Positions 37,589 through 45,439 of a DNA stretch of 64,000 nt are shown piece by piece. Each line of letters starts with the position of its first letter. Positions within the stretch are counted from its first letter, which is position 1. The stretch lies in contig JAEDOD010000001.1 of NCBI GenBank assembly GCA_016302165.1, forward strand, positions 1,382 through 65,381, written 5' to 3'. The position numbers and the translations under genes were made by a program. Source of the stretch: Sphaerochaetaceae bacterium (lineage in GTDB: Bacteria > Spirochaetota > Spirochaetia > Sphaerochaetales > Sphaerochaetaceae). A model generated the notes under the pieces. That model did not search any database. It was not told where the DNA came from and worked only from the letters and a program-made list of their open reading frames with translations.

Positions 37589-38794
37589 ATGTCTATCGTG
37601 TTCGTTAGGTATAAGACAGACAAACACGGGAAGTCTGTTCCCGTCTGCAAGGTATATACAGCAAAGGAGCATCCCATCAGAAACAGCATGATAGATAGGG
37701 ATGCACTTTGGGCCATAAAGAAAATCCAGGGTGCAGGAGGCGAAGCCTATCTGGTAGGCGGGGCTCTCCGTGACATCATGCTTGGCCATACCCCAAAAGA
37801 CTTCGACATCGGTACTTCCCTTTCTCCCCGTCAGGTCCAGAGGCTCTTCTGGAACAGCAGGATAATCGGAAAAAGATTCCGCATCGTCCACCTTTTCTTT
37901 GGGGAGAAGATCATTGAGGTCACCACCTTCCGCTCCGACGAGGAGAACTTCGAGGAAGGGAACAACAATGTATGGGGAACCATAGAGCAGGATGCAAGAC
38001 GAAGGGATTTCTCCATCAATGCACTCTACTACAATCCCCAGAAGTGTGAGCTTCTTGATTTCAGCGGCAGCATGGAGGATTTCGACAGGAAGGTCATCAG
38101 ATCCCTGATTCCTCTCCGTTATTCCTTCTCTGAAGATCCTGTAAGGATGATCAGGGCTGTCAAATATAAGGTGACCACAGGTTTCCGCCTACGTCTGGAT
38201 GTGAAGCTGGCCATATTGCGTGACGCATCCTGTCTCCAGAACTGTCCTGCCTCCCGACTTACTGAGGAGGTGGTGAAGATCCTTTCCTCCGGCCACAGCA
38301 GGGAAATATTCCATGCCTTGTACCAGAATAGACTTCTTCAATACCTTCTTCCTGCATTTGCAGTCCACTCGGAGCTTCCCAGTGTGTCTGAAAGCCTGGG
38401 AATCCTGGACTCTCTTGTCCAGGAAGCTATAGATGGCGGCATAGAGAAGCCAAGAAAGGATGTGATGTTCTACTACATGATCCGCTCTGCAATCATCATC
38501 GATCCTTCCCTGGGCCTGGGGTGGGAGGAGTACATGAAGGATGCATTCCGCCAGGCCAAGGTCATGCTTAGTCCCATCACTCCTGCCAACTTCGAGCTGG
38601 AGAAGGCTGTACTTCTTGTGCTTTCTGAAAAGGGCATAAGGGTCAATAAGACCAAGAAGAAAAAGAAGGCCCAGAGCCAGAAAGGTGAGAAGGGAAGGGA
38701 AAGCGTCAATCCTAAGGTCCAGGGCAGAAGAAAAAGGGGCAAGAGCTCCAGGAAAAAGGTGGAGAACAGGGAAAATGTGGAGGAGAAGGCCTGA
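37589..38794 (+). CDS. poly(A) polymerase / tRNA nucleotidyltransferase family protein (PcnB-like) with a basic C-terminal tail
   Basis: LVGGALRD...DFD NTase head and RRDFSINALYY are present, with no HD domain. The tail is Lys/Arg-rich (KTKKKKKAQSQKGEKG...RRKRGKSSRKK). The start is set at ATG 37589. Confidence 0.75.
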   Translation: MSIVFVRYKTDKHGKSVPVCKVYTAKEHPIRNSMIDRDALWAIKKIQGAGGEAYLVGGALRDIMLGHTPKDFDIGTSLSPRQVQRLFWNSRIIGKRFRIVHLFFGEKIIEVTTFRSDEENFEEGNNNVWGTIEQDARRRDFSINALYYNPQKCELLDFSGSMEDFDRKVIRSLIPLRYSFSEDPVRMIRAVKYKVTTGFRLRLDVKLAILRDASCLQNCPASRLTEEVVKILSSGHSREIFHALYQNRLLQYLLPAFAVHSELPSVSESLGILDSLVQEAIDGGIEKPRKDVMFYYMIRSAIIIDPSLGLGWEEYMKDAFRQAKVMLSPITPANFELEKAVLLVLSEKGIRVNKTKKKKKAQSQKGEKGRESVNPKVQGRRKRGKSSRKKVENRENVEEKA

Positions 38795-38798
38795 TAGT

Positions 38799-39653
38799 CT
38801 ATCCCCACTCTTCGATTTCAATGGACACAGACTTCACCATTATGGAGCCGAACTTTTCAAGACAGTCAGAGATATATTGCTGAAGATCGGAAATTGTTGT
38901 GGTTATGTAGTGCCTCATGGGAAGCTGGATGGTGACACTTATTGAGTAGGTGCAGTCTGTGTTTCTCACTCCCTTCACCTTCTTTACCTTCATTACAGCA
39001 TCATATTCGCTGATTGCATGCTTCACCATCTGTGTCAGGGCCACTTCAGACACAGCATCGTTGGCTGGCCTGGAAAACTCCGGCCTCACTATGGTCTTCT
39101 CGCTTACAAATGGCTTTCTTCCCTTCTTTCTTCCCAGCTTCACCCTTATGGAGTCGAAGACAATCTGAGGAGCGGAACGGGTAATCTCAATGGAGGGCAC
39201 AGGAATAACGTGCTTACCTTCAGTAAATCTGATGTGCATGGCTGTCTCTATGTCTTCCGGGCTTGCCACCTCCTCGATGTGGATTATCTTGGAGGGCTGG
39301 GGAAGATCCAGCCTGGAGGCAATCTTATTCACCATCTTCTCGCTGGTGCCTATGATCAGGATTCGCCTATATTTCTCCTTCAGCAGTGCTGAGACAATCT
39401 GGTCCCTATGGTCCTGGTCATCGAAGACAGCTGTCTTCACTGCGGCCATGAAGTTAGGGTCCTGTTTGGCAGAGTGGCCGGAAAGGATTCTGTCTCCCTT
39501 GATGAGAAGGCCGTCGTCAATTATGAGATTGATGTTGTATTTTGAGGCCACCTGCTTCGAGTGATAGCTTTTTCCCGTACCAGAACGGCCCACCAGGCCA
39601 TATACGGTTATTCCTTTGATTCTTGAGAATAAAAACTCGAAGAGACGGTTCAT
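38799..39653 (-). CDS. P-loop NTPase fused to an Asp23/Gls24-like C-terminal domain (function unknown)
   Basis: Walker A GLVGRSGTGKS and Walker B-like LIIDD in the N-half. The C-terminal ~110 aa has the alternating hydrophobic pattern of Asp23-family proteins. The start is ATG 39653, or alternatively 39695. The ORF-track start at 40055 overlaps mgtE and is rejected. Confidence 0.6.
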   Translation of the reverse strand: MNRLFEFLFSRIKGITVYGLVGRSGTGKSYHSKQVASKYNINLIIDDGLLIKGDRILSGHSAKQDPNFMAAVKTAVFDDQDHRDQIVSALLKEKYRRILIIGTSEKMVNKIASRLDLPQPSKIIHIEEVASPEDIETAMHIRFTEGKHVIPVPSIEITRSAPQIVFDSIRVKLGRKKGRKPFVSEKTIVRPEFSRPANDAVSEVALTQMVKHAISEYDAVMKVKKVKGVRNTDCTYSISVTIQLPMRHYITTTISDLQQYISDCLEKFGSIMVKSVSIEIEEWG

Positions 39654-39672
39654 TTCTATATTTTCTGATGAA

Positions 39673-39716
39673 ATCCTCCTTGGAGGCAAGGACATTTTTC
39701 CCTTTCCAAGGAGGAT
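39673..39716 (-). promoter_or_regulatory. perfect 11-bp inverted repeat (anti-SD/SD hairpin) between mgtE and the P-loop gene
   Basis: The minus-strand RNA reads AUCCUCCUUGG, a 22-nt loop, then CCAAGGAGGAU. The loop contains the alternative ATG 39695. The hairpin starts 8 nt after the mgtE stop. Confidence 0.5.
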
Positions 39717-39724
39717 GGAAGGCC

Positions 39725-41128
39725 CTAGGCTCCGAAGCCCAGCATTTTGATGAGAAGGAGCCAGGCCAGGCCATAGTATGTGACTACAGCCACAAGGTCG
39801 TTGACAGTGGTGATAAGTGGACCTGAAGCCACAGCAGGATCCACATGGATTCTCTTGAAGAAGATAGGAATTATTGTTCCCATGGCTGTAGACATGGTCA
39901 TTGATACAAGGAGGGCAATTCCTGTGCAGCCTGAGATGCTGAAGGCGTAGAGGGCATTGTGGTCCTTGAAGAAATATATGTAGAGACCTATGACCAGGAA
40001 GGAGGTGAGACCAAGGATGGCTCCGTCTCCAAGACCGATTCTGGTCTCCTTCCACATAAGGCGAAGCTTATCCTTTGCTGTCAGGTTCTCATCTGTAAGG
40101 ACTCTGATGGTGACGGCCAGGGACTGGGTTCCAGAGTTACCTGTCATACCCAATACCAGTGACTGGAAGGAAATTAGCACAGTAATCTGGGCTGCAACCT
40201 TATCAAAGAGGCCTACTACTGTTGAGACCAGCATTCCTAGGAAGAGAAGGATAGTAAGCCAAGGAAGACGCTTCCTGAGACTCTGTGTAACTGTCTCATT
40301 CAGGTCCTCCATATCTCCAAGGGAAGCGAACTTTGCATAGTCGTCCTTCATGGAGTCGTCGATGACCTCAACCATATCCTGGCTTGTGATTACGCCCAGT
40401 AGCTTATTGGTGCTGTCCAGCACAGGAATAGAGTCCTCGGCATAATCCTTAAGCTTATTCATGGTGTCATCGATAAGCTCATGGGCGTATACATAGGGAT
40501 AGGATGTGGAGACTATGGAGTCGATGGTGCTCCCTTCCCTGGCGCGGATAAGATCCTTAAGGTCGATGGCTCCGTAGAAGAGACCGTTGGAATCCACCAC
40601 ATAGATGGTCTGGATATTATCGTTCTCTGCGGCCTGCTCAATAAGCTCCTTCATGGCATCCTTGATGCTGGATCCTGTCCTGATCTCAATGTAGTTGGTG
40701 CTCATGATGGATCCGATCTCATCCTCGTCGAAGGAGGCGAGAAGGGCGATGTCATGCTTGGCGTCATCGTCAAGGAACTCTATGAGGGTGGTCCTCTCTC
40801 CCTTTGGCAGGGATTTGAGATACTCGGTGGCCTTGTCTGTCTCAAGATCGCTGAGGACAGCAATCTTCTTCTTTACGCTGATCTCTCCCAGATATGTGGA
40901 GATGTTCTCTGTGTATTCGAAAATGTTTGCAAGGGTCTCGGAATCCAGAATGCGGTACAGCTTTCCTCTATCTTCCGGGGAAAGCCTGTCCATGGCCTCT
41001 GCAATATCGTTTTCATGATAATCCATGACCTTTTCCTTGAGGGCCATGGGAGAAATGTTGCTCTTGATTATTTCCACAAGCTCACCAGCATAGTCTGGAT
41101 GCTGGTTGCCCTGAATTTCTGGATCCAT
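39725..41128 (-). CDS. mgtE: magnesium transporter MgtE (paralogue 1)
   Basis: An N-domain, tandem CBS domains and a 5-TM C-terminal domain with the conserved GNxGxQ and PxxTTxxDxxG motifs (GNSGTQS, PLITTVNDLV). Confidence 0.93.
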   Translation of the reverse strand: MDPEIQGNQHPDYAGELVEIIKSNISPMALKEKVMDYHENDIAEAMDRLSPEDRGKLYRILDSETLANIFEYTENISTYLGEISVKKKIAVLSDLETDKATEYLKSLPKGERTTLIEFLDDDAKHDIALLASFDEDEIGSIMSTNYIEIRTGSSIKDAMKELIEQAAENDNIQTIYVVDSNGLFYGAIDLKDLIRAREGSTIDSIVSTSYPYVYAHELIDDTMNKLKDYAEDSIPVLDSTNKLLGVITSQDMVEVIDDSMKDDYAKFASLGDMEDLNETVTQSLRKRLPWLTILLFLGMLVSTVVGLFDKVAAQITVLISFQSLVLGMTGNSGTQSLAVTIRVLTDENLTAKDKLRLMWKETRIGLGDGAILGLTSFLVIGLYIYFFKDHNALYAFSISGCTGIALLVSMTMSTAMGTIIPIFFKRIHVDPAVASGPLITTVNDLVAVVTYYGLAWLLLIKMLGFGA

Positions 41129-41327
41129 TTCCTATACCTCCAAAATTAGATTTCTTGGGTAAGGAAGGATGGCCTTCTAGTTGTCTGTCGAAAGGGACAG
41201 ACTACCGGGAGGAACATCGCTTTCCGAACCGCCTAAGTTGACTATACTTCCAGTACCGTCGTCCATTTCGTACTCCTTATAGAATTCAGCCCGAACTGAG
41301 CTATTATGATGATAAACCTTAAGTCAA
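41129..41327 (-). promoter_or_regulatory. 5' leader of mgtE paralogue 1 with SD plus a 29-codon uORF and internal hairpins
   Basis: - A possible -35 TTGACT lies at 41327-41322, but the -10 is weak.
- AAGGAG (41278-41273) sits 6 nt before ATG 41266, and the uORF runs to TAG 41179-41177.
- A 7-bp hairpin GUCUGUC/GACAGAC is present.
- UAAGGAG can pair with UUCCUUA (41166-41160).
- I could not recognise an M-box consensus. Confidence 0.4.
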
Positions 41328-41346
41328 CAGTTTTTCTAGAAGTTTT

Positions 41347-42708
41347 TTAGAAGCCCATGAAAATTCTCAGCACCAGGTACACCATCAGGTAGTAGCAGGA
41401 TGCTCCCACCAGGTCGTTGAGGGTGGTGATGAGAGGACCGGAGGCCACAGCAGGGTCTATGCCGATTCTGTCCATAATGATGGGAATGGTGGCTCCCATG
41501 GTATTGGATATCGTCATGGCCAGCACAAGGGCTAAGGATATGGAAAGAGCCAGGAATATGGAATAGGTGATGCCGTTTCCAGACTTCAGGAATATGTAGG
41601 GCACCATGACTATGGCTGTACCGAAACCAAGAATCAGACCTGAAGTAATTCCTGTGGCCGCCTCCTTCCTCACCAGTCTTGCCTTTCCCTTCTTCTCCAG
41701 CTCACGCCCCGACAGGCTTCTTACAGCCACAGCCAAGGTCTGGGTTCCGGAGTTTCCTGTCATATCCAGTATCAGGGACTGGAATGAGAATACAAGGGTC
41801 AGGCCCATGGCCAGGGAGGAAAGGGATCCGATCAGCATAGACACCAGGATTCCTAGGAATAGAAGAAGAAAGAGCCAGGGGAGGCGGGAAGCCATTGAGG
41901 CCAGGACTCCCTTGTCCTTATCTTCATCATTAAGGGAGGCCAGCTTTCTGTAGTCTTCAGCCATCTCCCTTTCCACAGTGTCCATAAGCTCCCTGCCTGT
42001 AACGGCTCCTATGGTCTTTCCTTCATCATCTATTACAGGGAAGGCGGAGAGATTGTAGTCCCTGATCCATTCAAGGGTCTTGGATATCTTTGCGTCAGCA
42101 GAGACGAAGGGGAAGGAAGTCATGGCAACTTCTGAAAGCTTTTCATCCTTTCTCCCTCTTAGTACATCGATCAGGTCCACTTCTCCATATAGCTCCCCGC
42201 TTTCACCTTCCACGAATATGGTGCGGATGTTGTCTTTCCCGTCCGAGCCAGTCCTTATTTTTTCCAGGGCCTCATCCAGGGTCAGGTCCTTACTGAGGAT
42301 AATGAAGTCATCGGTCATTATGGAGCCGATTTCATCCTCCTGGTATTCCAGGTTTGCCTTTACTGTACGGCCTGAAAGCTGAAGGATCATCTTCCTTCTG
42401 TCGTATGGAATGGAGGATAGTAGCATCTCGGCGCTTTCGTCATCCATTCTCCCCACAAGATGGCTCTGCATCCTGAGTGACATTTCGCTGAACCAGGGGA
42501 TAGGGTAGCCGTTATCCTTCAATATCTCCAGGATGCGGTCAGTGTCCAGTATGGACCAGACTGTGTTCCTGTCTTCCTCATCCATAGTGGATACTTTCTC
42601 TGCAAGATCATTTCTTGACAGTGAAAGCAGCTCCTCCTTAAGTGCCAGGGGAGACAATACCTTTCTTTTTTTCTTGTCTGCATTGTTAATTTCTTTTCTG
42701 TCTTCCAT
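41347..42708 (-). CDS. mgtE: magnesium transporter MgtE (paralogue 2)
   Basis: The domain order matches paralogue 1, with the same GNSGTQT and PLITTLNDLV motifs. Confidence 0.93.
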   Translation of the reverse strand: MEDRKEINNADKKKRKVLSPLALKEELLSLSRNDLAEKVSTMDEEDRNTVWSILDTDRILEILKDNGYPIPWFSEMSLRMQSHLVGRMDDESAEMLLSSIPYDRRKMILQLSGRTVKANLEYQEDEIGSIMTDDFIILSKDLTLDEALEKIRTGSDGKDNIRTIFVEGESGELYGEVDLIDVLRGRKDEKLSEVAMTSFPFVSADAKISKTLEWIRDYNLSAFPVIDDEGKTIGAVTGRELMDTVEREMAEDYRKLASLNDEDKDKGVLASMASRLPWLFLLLFLGILVSMLIGSLSSLAMGLTLVFSFQSLILDMTGNSGTQTLAVAVRSLSGRELEKKGKARLVRKEAATGITSGLILGFGTAIVMVPYIFLKSGNGITYSIFLALSISLALVLAMTISNTMGATIPIIMDRIGIDPAVASGPLITTLNDLVGASCYYLMVYLVLRIFMGF

Positions 42709-42840
42709 CTCTGTTCCTTTCCACTGGAGACAGAGAGACTATGGTCAAAGGAGAATGGACCCTCCGTCTACGGTGGTACAAGTAATGTCGAATCTACTGC
42801 CAGGGTCGCTTTCCATGGACATCTCCTTAAATCAATTCTG
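42709..42840 (-). promoter_or_regulatory. 5' leader of mgtE paralogue 2 with SD plus a 23-25-codon uORF and a start-codon-sequestering hairpin
   Basis: - AAGGAG (42828-42823) is followed by ATG 42822 and ATG 42816 in the same frame, ending at TGA 42747-42745.
- AAGGAGA can pair with UCUCCUU (42754-42748).
- The hairpin UCUCUGU/ACAGAGA (42736-42708) encloses the mgtE SD and the A of its ATG. Confidence 0.4.
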
Positions 42841-43003
42841 ACCTTAATCTAACACAAAAGGGTGAAGGCAGAAAGGAAATGGAGACCAAAATTTGCACAA
42901 AAAATCAAAACAGTAAAGATTTAGCGATTTCATTATGTTTTAACTCCTTGCTGTATAAAGAAATGTTAAATACGTTGCTTTTGTGTCAAAATCCTTTTCC
43001 AGT

Positions 43004-43032
43004 TTGATTTAGAGAGATTTTTACCATACAAT
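43004..43032 (+). promoter_or_regulatory. sigma70-like promoter of the rnf operon
   Basis: TTGATT (43004-43009), a 17-nt spacer, then TACAAT (43027-43032). It lies about 25 nt upstream of the rnfC SD (AAGGAG, 43057-43062). Confidence 0.55.
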
Positions 43033-43067
43033 GAATAGAGTCGATCAAAAAAACTAAGGAGTATCAT

Positions 43068-44375
43068 GTGTTGAAAATAGCCACATTCAAAAGGGGCGGC
43101 GTTCATCCTGATGACATGAAGAGGCTTTCCAAGGATTGTCCTGTGGAAAGGCTTCCTATGCCTGGTGAACTTTTTGTCTCAATGTCACAGCACCTGGGAG
43201 CCCCTGCAACACCTTTGAAGAAGAAAGGAGATAGGGTAGAGAAGGGTGAGACCATTGGAAAGGCATCTTCATTCATTTCAGCCGATGTCCATTCTCCAGT
43301 CAGAGGAACTGTCACTGATGTGAGAAAGGTCAGATTGGCTACAGGTGCAAATGCAGATACCATAATCATAAAGCCGGATGAGGAGCAGCCTGAGCTTTTT
43401 ACTTCAGCCTATGACTGGAAGGAGATGGGAAGCGAGGAGATCCAGGCCCTTGTGAAGGAAATGGGAATAGTAGGAATGGGTGGAGCCACCTTCCCCACTT
43501 CCGTAAAGTTCTCTGTCCCCACAGGAAAGAAGGTTGAGTACCTGGTAATAAACGCTGTGGAGTGCGAGCCCTACATCACCTGCGACTACCGCCTTATGAT
43601 GGAGGAGCCTGAAGCTCTTCTTGAAGGAGCAATGATCGCTGCCAAGGCTGTAAATCCAGAGCATATTGTCTTCGGTGTGGAGATGAACAAGATGGATGCT
43701 GTGGAGCTCCTTAGCGCCAAGGCTGAAGAGAAGGGATATCCAATTTCTATCCAGCCTTTGAAGATGAAATATCCTCAGGGAGATGAAAAGCAGCTTTTGA
43801 AGGCTGTCACAGGCCGTGAGATTCCTTCCGGCAAGCTTCCTCTTGATATCGGATGCATTGTCTGCAACACAGCCACCACATATGCAATCTATGAAGCTGT
43901 AAAGTTCCATAAGCCTCTTTTTGAGAGACGTATAACTGTCAGCGGTGAATGCATCAGGAATCCAAAGAACATACTTGCTCCCATCGGAACACCATTTTCA
44001 GCGCTTCTTGAGTATTGCGGAGGCGCCAGTGATGGCCTTTACGAGCTTATAAGCGGCGGCCCGATGATGGGCTTCGATTGCCCTGACGGAGATGTTCCAA
44101 TGGTGAAGGGAAGCGGTGGACTCCTTGCTGTCCCAGACAAAATCGGCGGAAGGGAATTCCCATGTGTATCCTGCGGTAAGTGTGTGCAGCACTGTCCTAT
44201 GGGACTTATGCCAAACAGAATGTACAGAAATATCAAGAACGGAAACTATAGCGAAGCCATGGCTCTAGGGCTGATGGACTGCAAGGAGTGCGGCTGCTGC
44301 TCCTACTCCTGTCCATCCCACATCAATCTGGTCCAGGGCTTCAAGCTTGGAAAGAAGATGGGGAGGAGAAAGTGA
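43068..44375 (+). CDS. rnfC: Rnf electron transport complex subunit C
   Basis: An NADH/FMN-binding region and two 4Fe-4S motifs (CVSCGKCVQHCP, CKECGCCSYSCP). The start is GTG or TTG, 5-8 nt after the SD. Confidence 0.95.
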   Translation: MLKIATFKRGGVHPDDMKRLSKDCPVERLPMPGELFVSMSQHLGAPATPLKKKGDRVEKGETIGKASSFISADVHSPVRGTVTDVRKVRLATGANADTIIIKPDEEQPELFTSAYDWKEMGSEEIQALVKEMGIVGMGGATFPTSVKFSVPTGKKVEYLVINAVECEPYITCDYRLMMEEPEALLEGAMIAAKAVNPEHIVFGVEMNKMDAVELLSAKAEEKGYPISIQPLKMKYPQGDEKQLLKAVTGREIPSGKLPLDIGCIVCNTATTYAIYEAVKFHKPLFERRITVSGECIRNPKNILAPIGTPFSALLEYCGGASDGLYELISGGPMMGFDCPDGDVPMVKGSGGLLAVPDKIGGREFPCVSCGKCVQHCPMGLMPNRMYRNIKNGNYSEAMALGLMDCKECGCCSYSCPSHINLVQGFKLGKKMGRRK

Positions 44376-45439
44376 TGATTACAGTAAGGACCAGCCCCCA
44401 CGTACACGATTGGGTTTCAACAGACAAGGCCATGGTCATGGTTACCATCGCCCTCCTTCCTTCCGCTCTCTGGGGCGTAGTGATGTTTGGCTTCAAGGCC
44501 CTTCTGGTGCTCCTTGTATCCATTATTTCCGCCCTTCTTACAGAATGGCTTCTTGGAAAGATAAACAAGGAGAATACCCTCACCGACTACTCTGCCCTGG
44601 TTACAGGCCTGCTTGTCGGCATGAATATGCCTCCTGAGGTTCCTCTCTTCATTCCTCTTATTGCATCCATCTTTGCAATTGCAATTGTAAAGTGGACCTT
44701 CGGAGGACTGGGATGCAACTGGGCTAACCCAGCCATTGCAGGAAGAGTCTTCGTATTCTTCTCCTTCTCTTCACTGATGTCCAAGTTCAAGAATCCCTGG
44801 GTATGGGGAAGCGGCGCAGAGCTTGTGGCTTCAGCCACTCCATTGACCCAGGTGAAGATGGAAATTGCTTCAGGTCTTTCTTCTGAAGTGATCATGGCAG
44901 AAGCAGGAACTCCAGTATCAGCTGTGGCCTCCTCCATTTCATCCCTTACAGGTCTTAGCCCCTACACTGTAGACGCATTCTTCGGCTTCACAGGAGGCTG
45001 TATCGGAGAAGTAAGCGCACTGCTGCTTCTTGCGGGAGGAATATTCCTTATTGCCAAGAAAGTGATCTCCTGGAGAATCCCCCTTTCCTTCATCCTCTCC
45101 TACGCTCTCCTTAACTGGGTCTTTGGAGGAGTGAGAGGAGGAAACGGTCTCTTTTCCGGTGAAATCCTTCTCCCTCTCTTCTCCGGCGGCCTGATGCTGG
45201 GAGCCTTCTTCATGGCTACAGACTGGGTAACCACTCCAACGACACCAAAGGGTGAGGTGATCTTTGCCATAGGCTGTGGCTTCTTCACCTTCCTTATCAG
45301 GTGCTTCGGTTCCCTTCCTGAGGGAGTTTCCCTGGCAATTCTCCTGATGAACATGGTATCTCCCACCATCGAAAGATATTGCAGACCTAAGAAGTTCGGC
45401 TTTGTGAAAGTGGAAAAGAGCAAGGAGGCAAAGGCATGA
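44375..45439 (+). CDS. rnfD: Rnf complex subunit D
   Basis: A polytopic NqrB/RnfD-family protein with SPHVH near the N-terminus. ATG 44375 overlaps the rnfC TGA. Confidence 0.93.
   Translation: MITVRTSPHVHDWVSTDKAMVMVTIALLPSALWGVVMFGFKALLVLLVSIISALLTEWLLGKINKENTLTDYSALVTGLLVGMNMPPEVPLFIPLIASIFAIAIVKWTFGGLGCNWANPAIAGRVFVFFSFSSLMSKFKNPWVWGSGAELVASATPLTQVKMEIASGLSSEVIMAEAGTPVSAVASSISSLTGLSPYTVDAFFGFTGGCIGEVSALLLLAGGIFLIAKKVISWRIPLSFILSYALLNWVFGGVRGGNGLFSGEILLPLFSGGLMLGAFFMATDWVTTPTTPKGEVIFAIGCGFFTFLIRCFGSLPEGVSLAILLMNMVSPTIERYCRPKKFGFVKVEKSKEAKA

Noticed and set aside
38799-40055. 418-aa ORF-track version of the P-loop/Asp23 gene
   Set aside because: The first ~134 codons overlap the 3' end of mgtE in another frame and have a His/Cys/Pro-rich nonsense-like composition. 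The Walker A motif follows directly after the internal Met at 39653.
40481-41149. 222-aa plus-strand ORF
   Set aside because: It is antisense to mgtE paralogue 1 and has no independent support.
41129-41346. M-box (ykoK) Mg2+ riboswitch upstream of mgtE
   Set aside because: This is the expected regulator of mgtE in many bacteria. However, I could not locate the conserved blocks (GUUAGGUGAGGCU, GGGUCAACAG, GUGCUAAAGCUC) in the correct order in either leader, only short scattered similarities. A covariance-model scan is needed to be certain.
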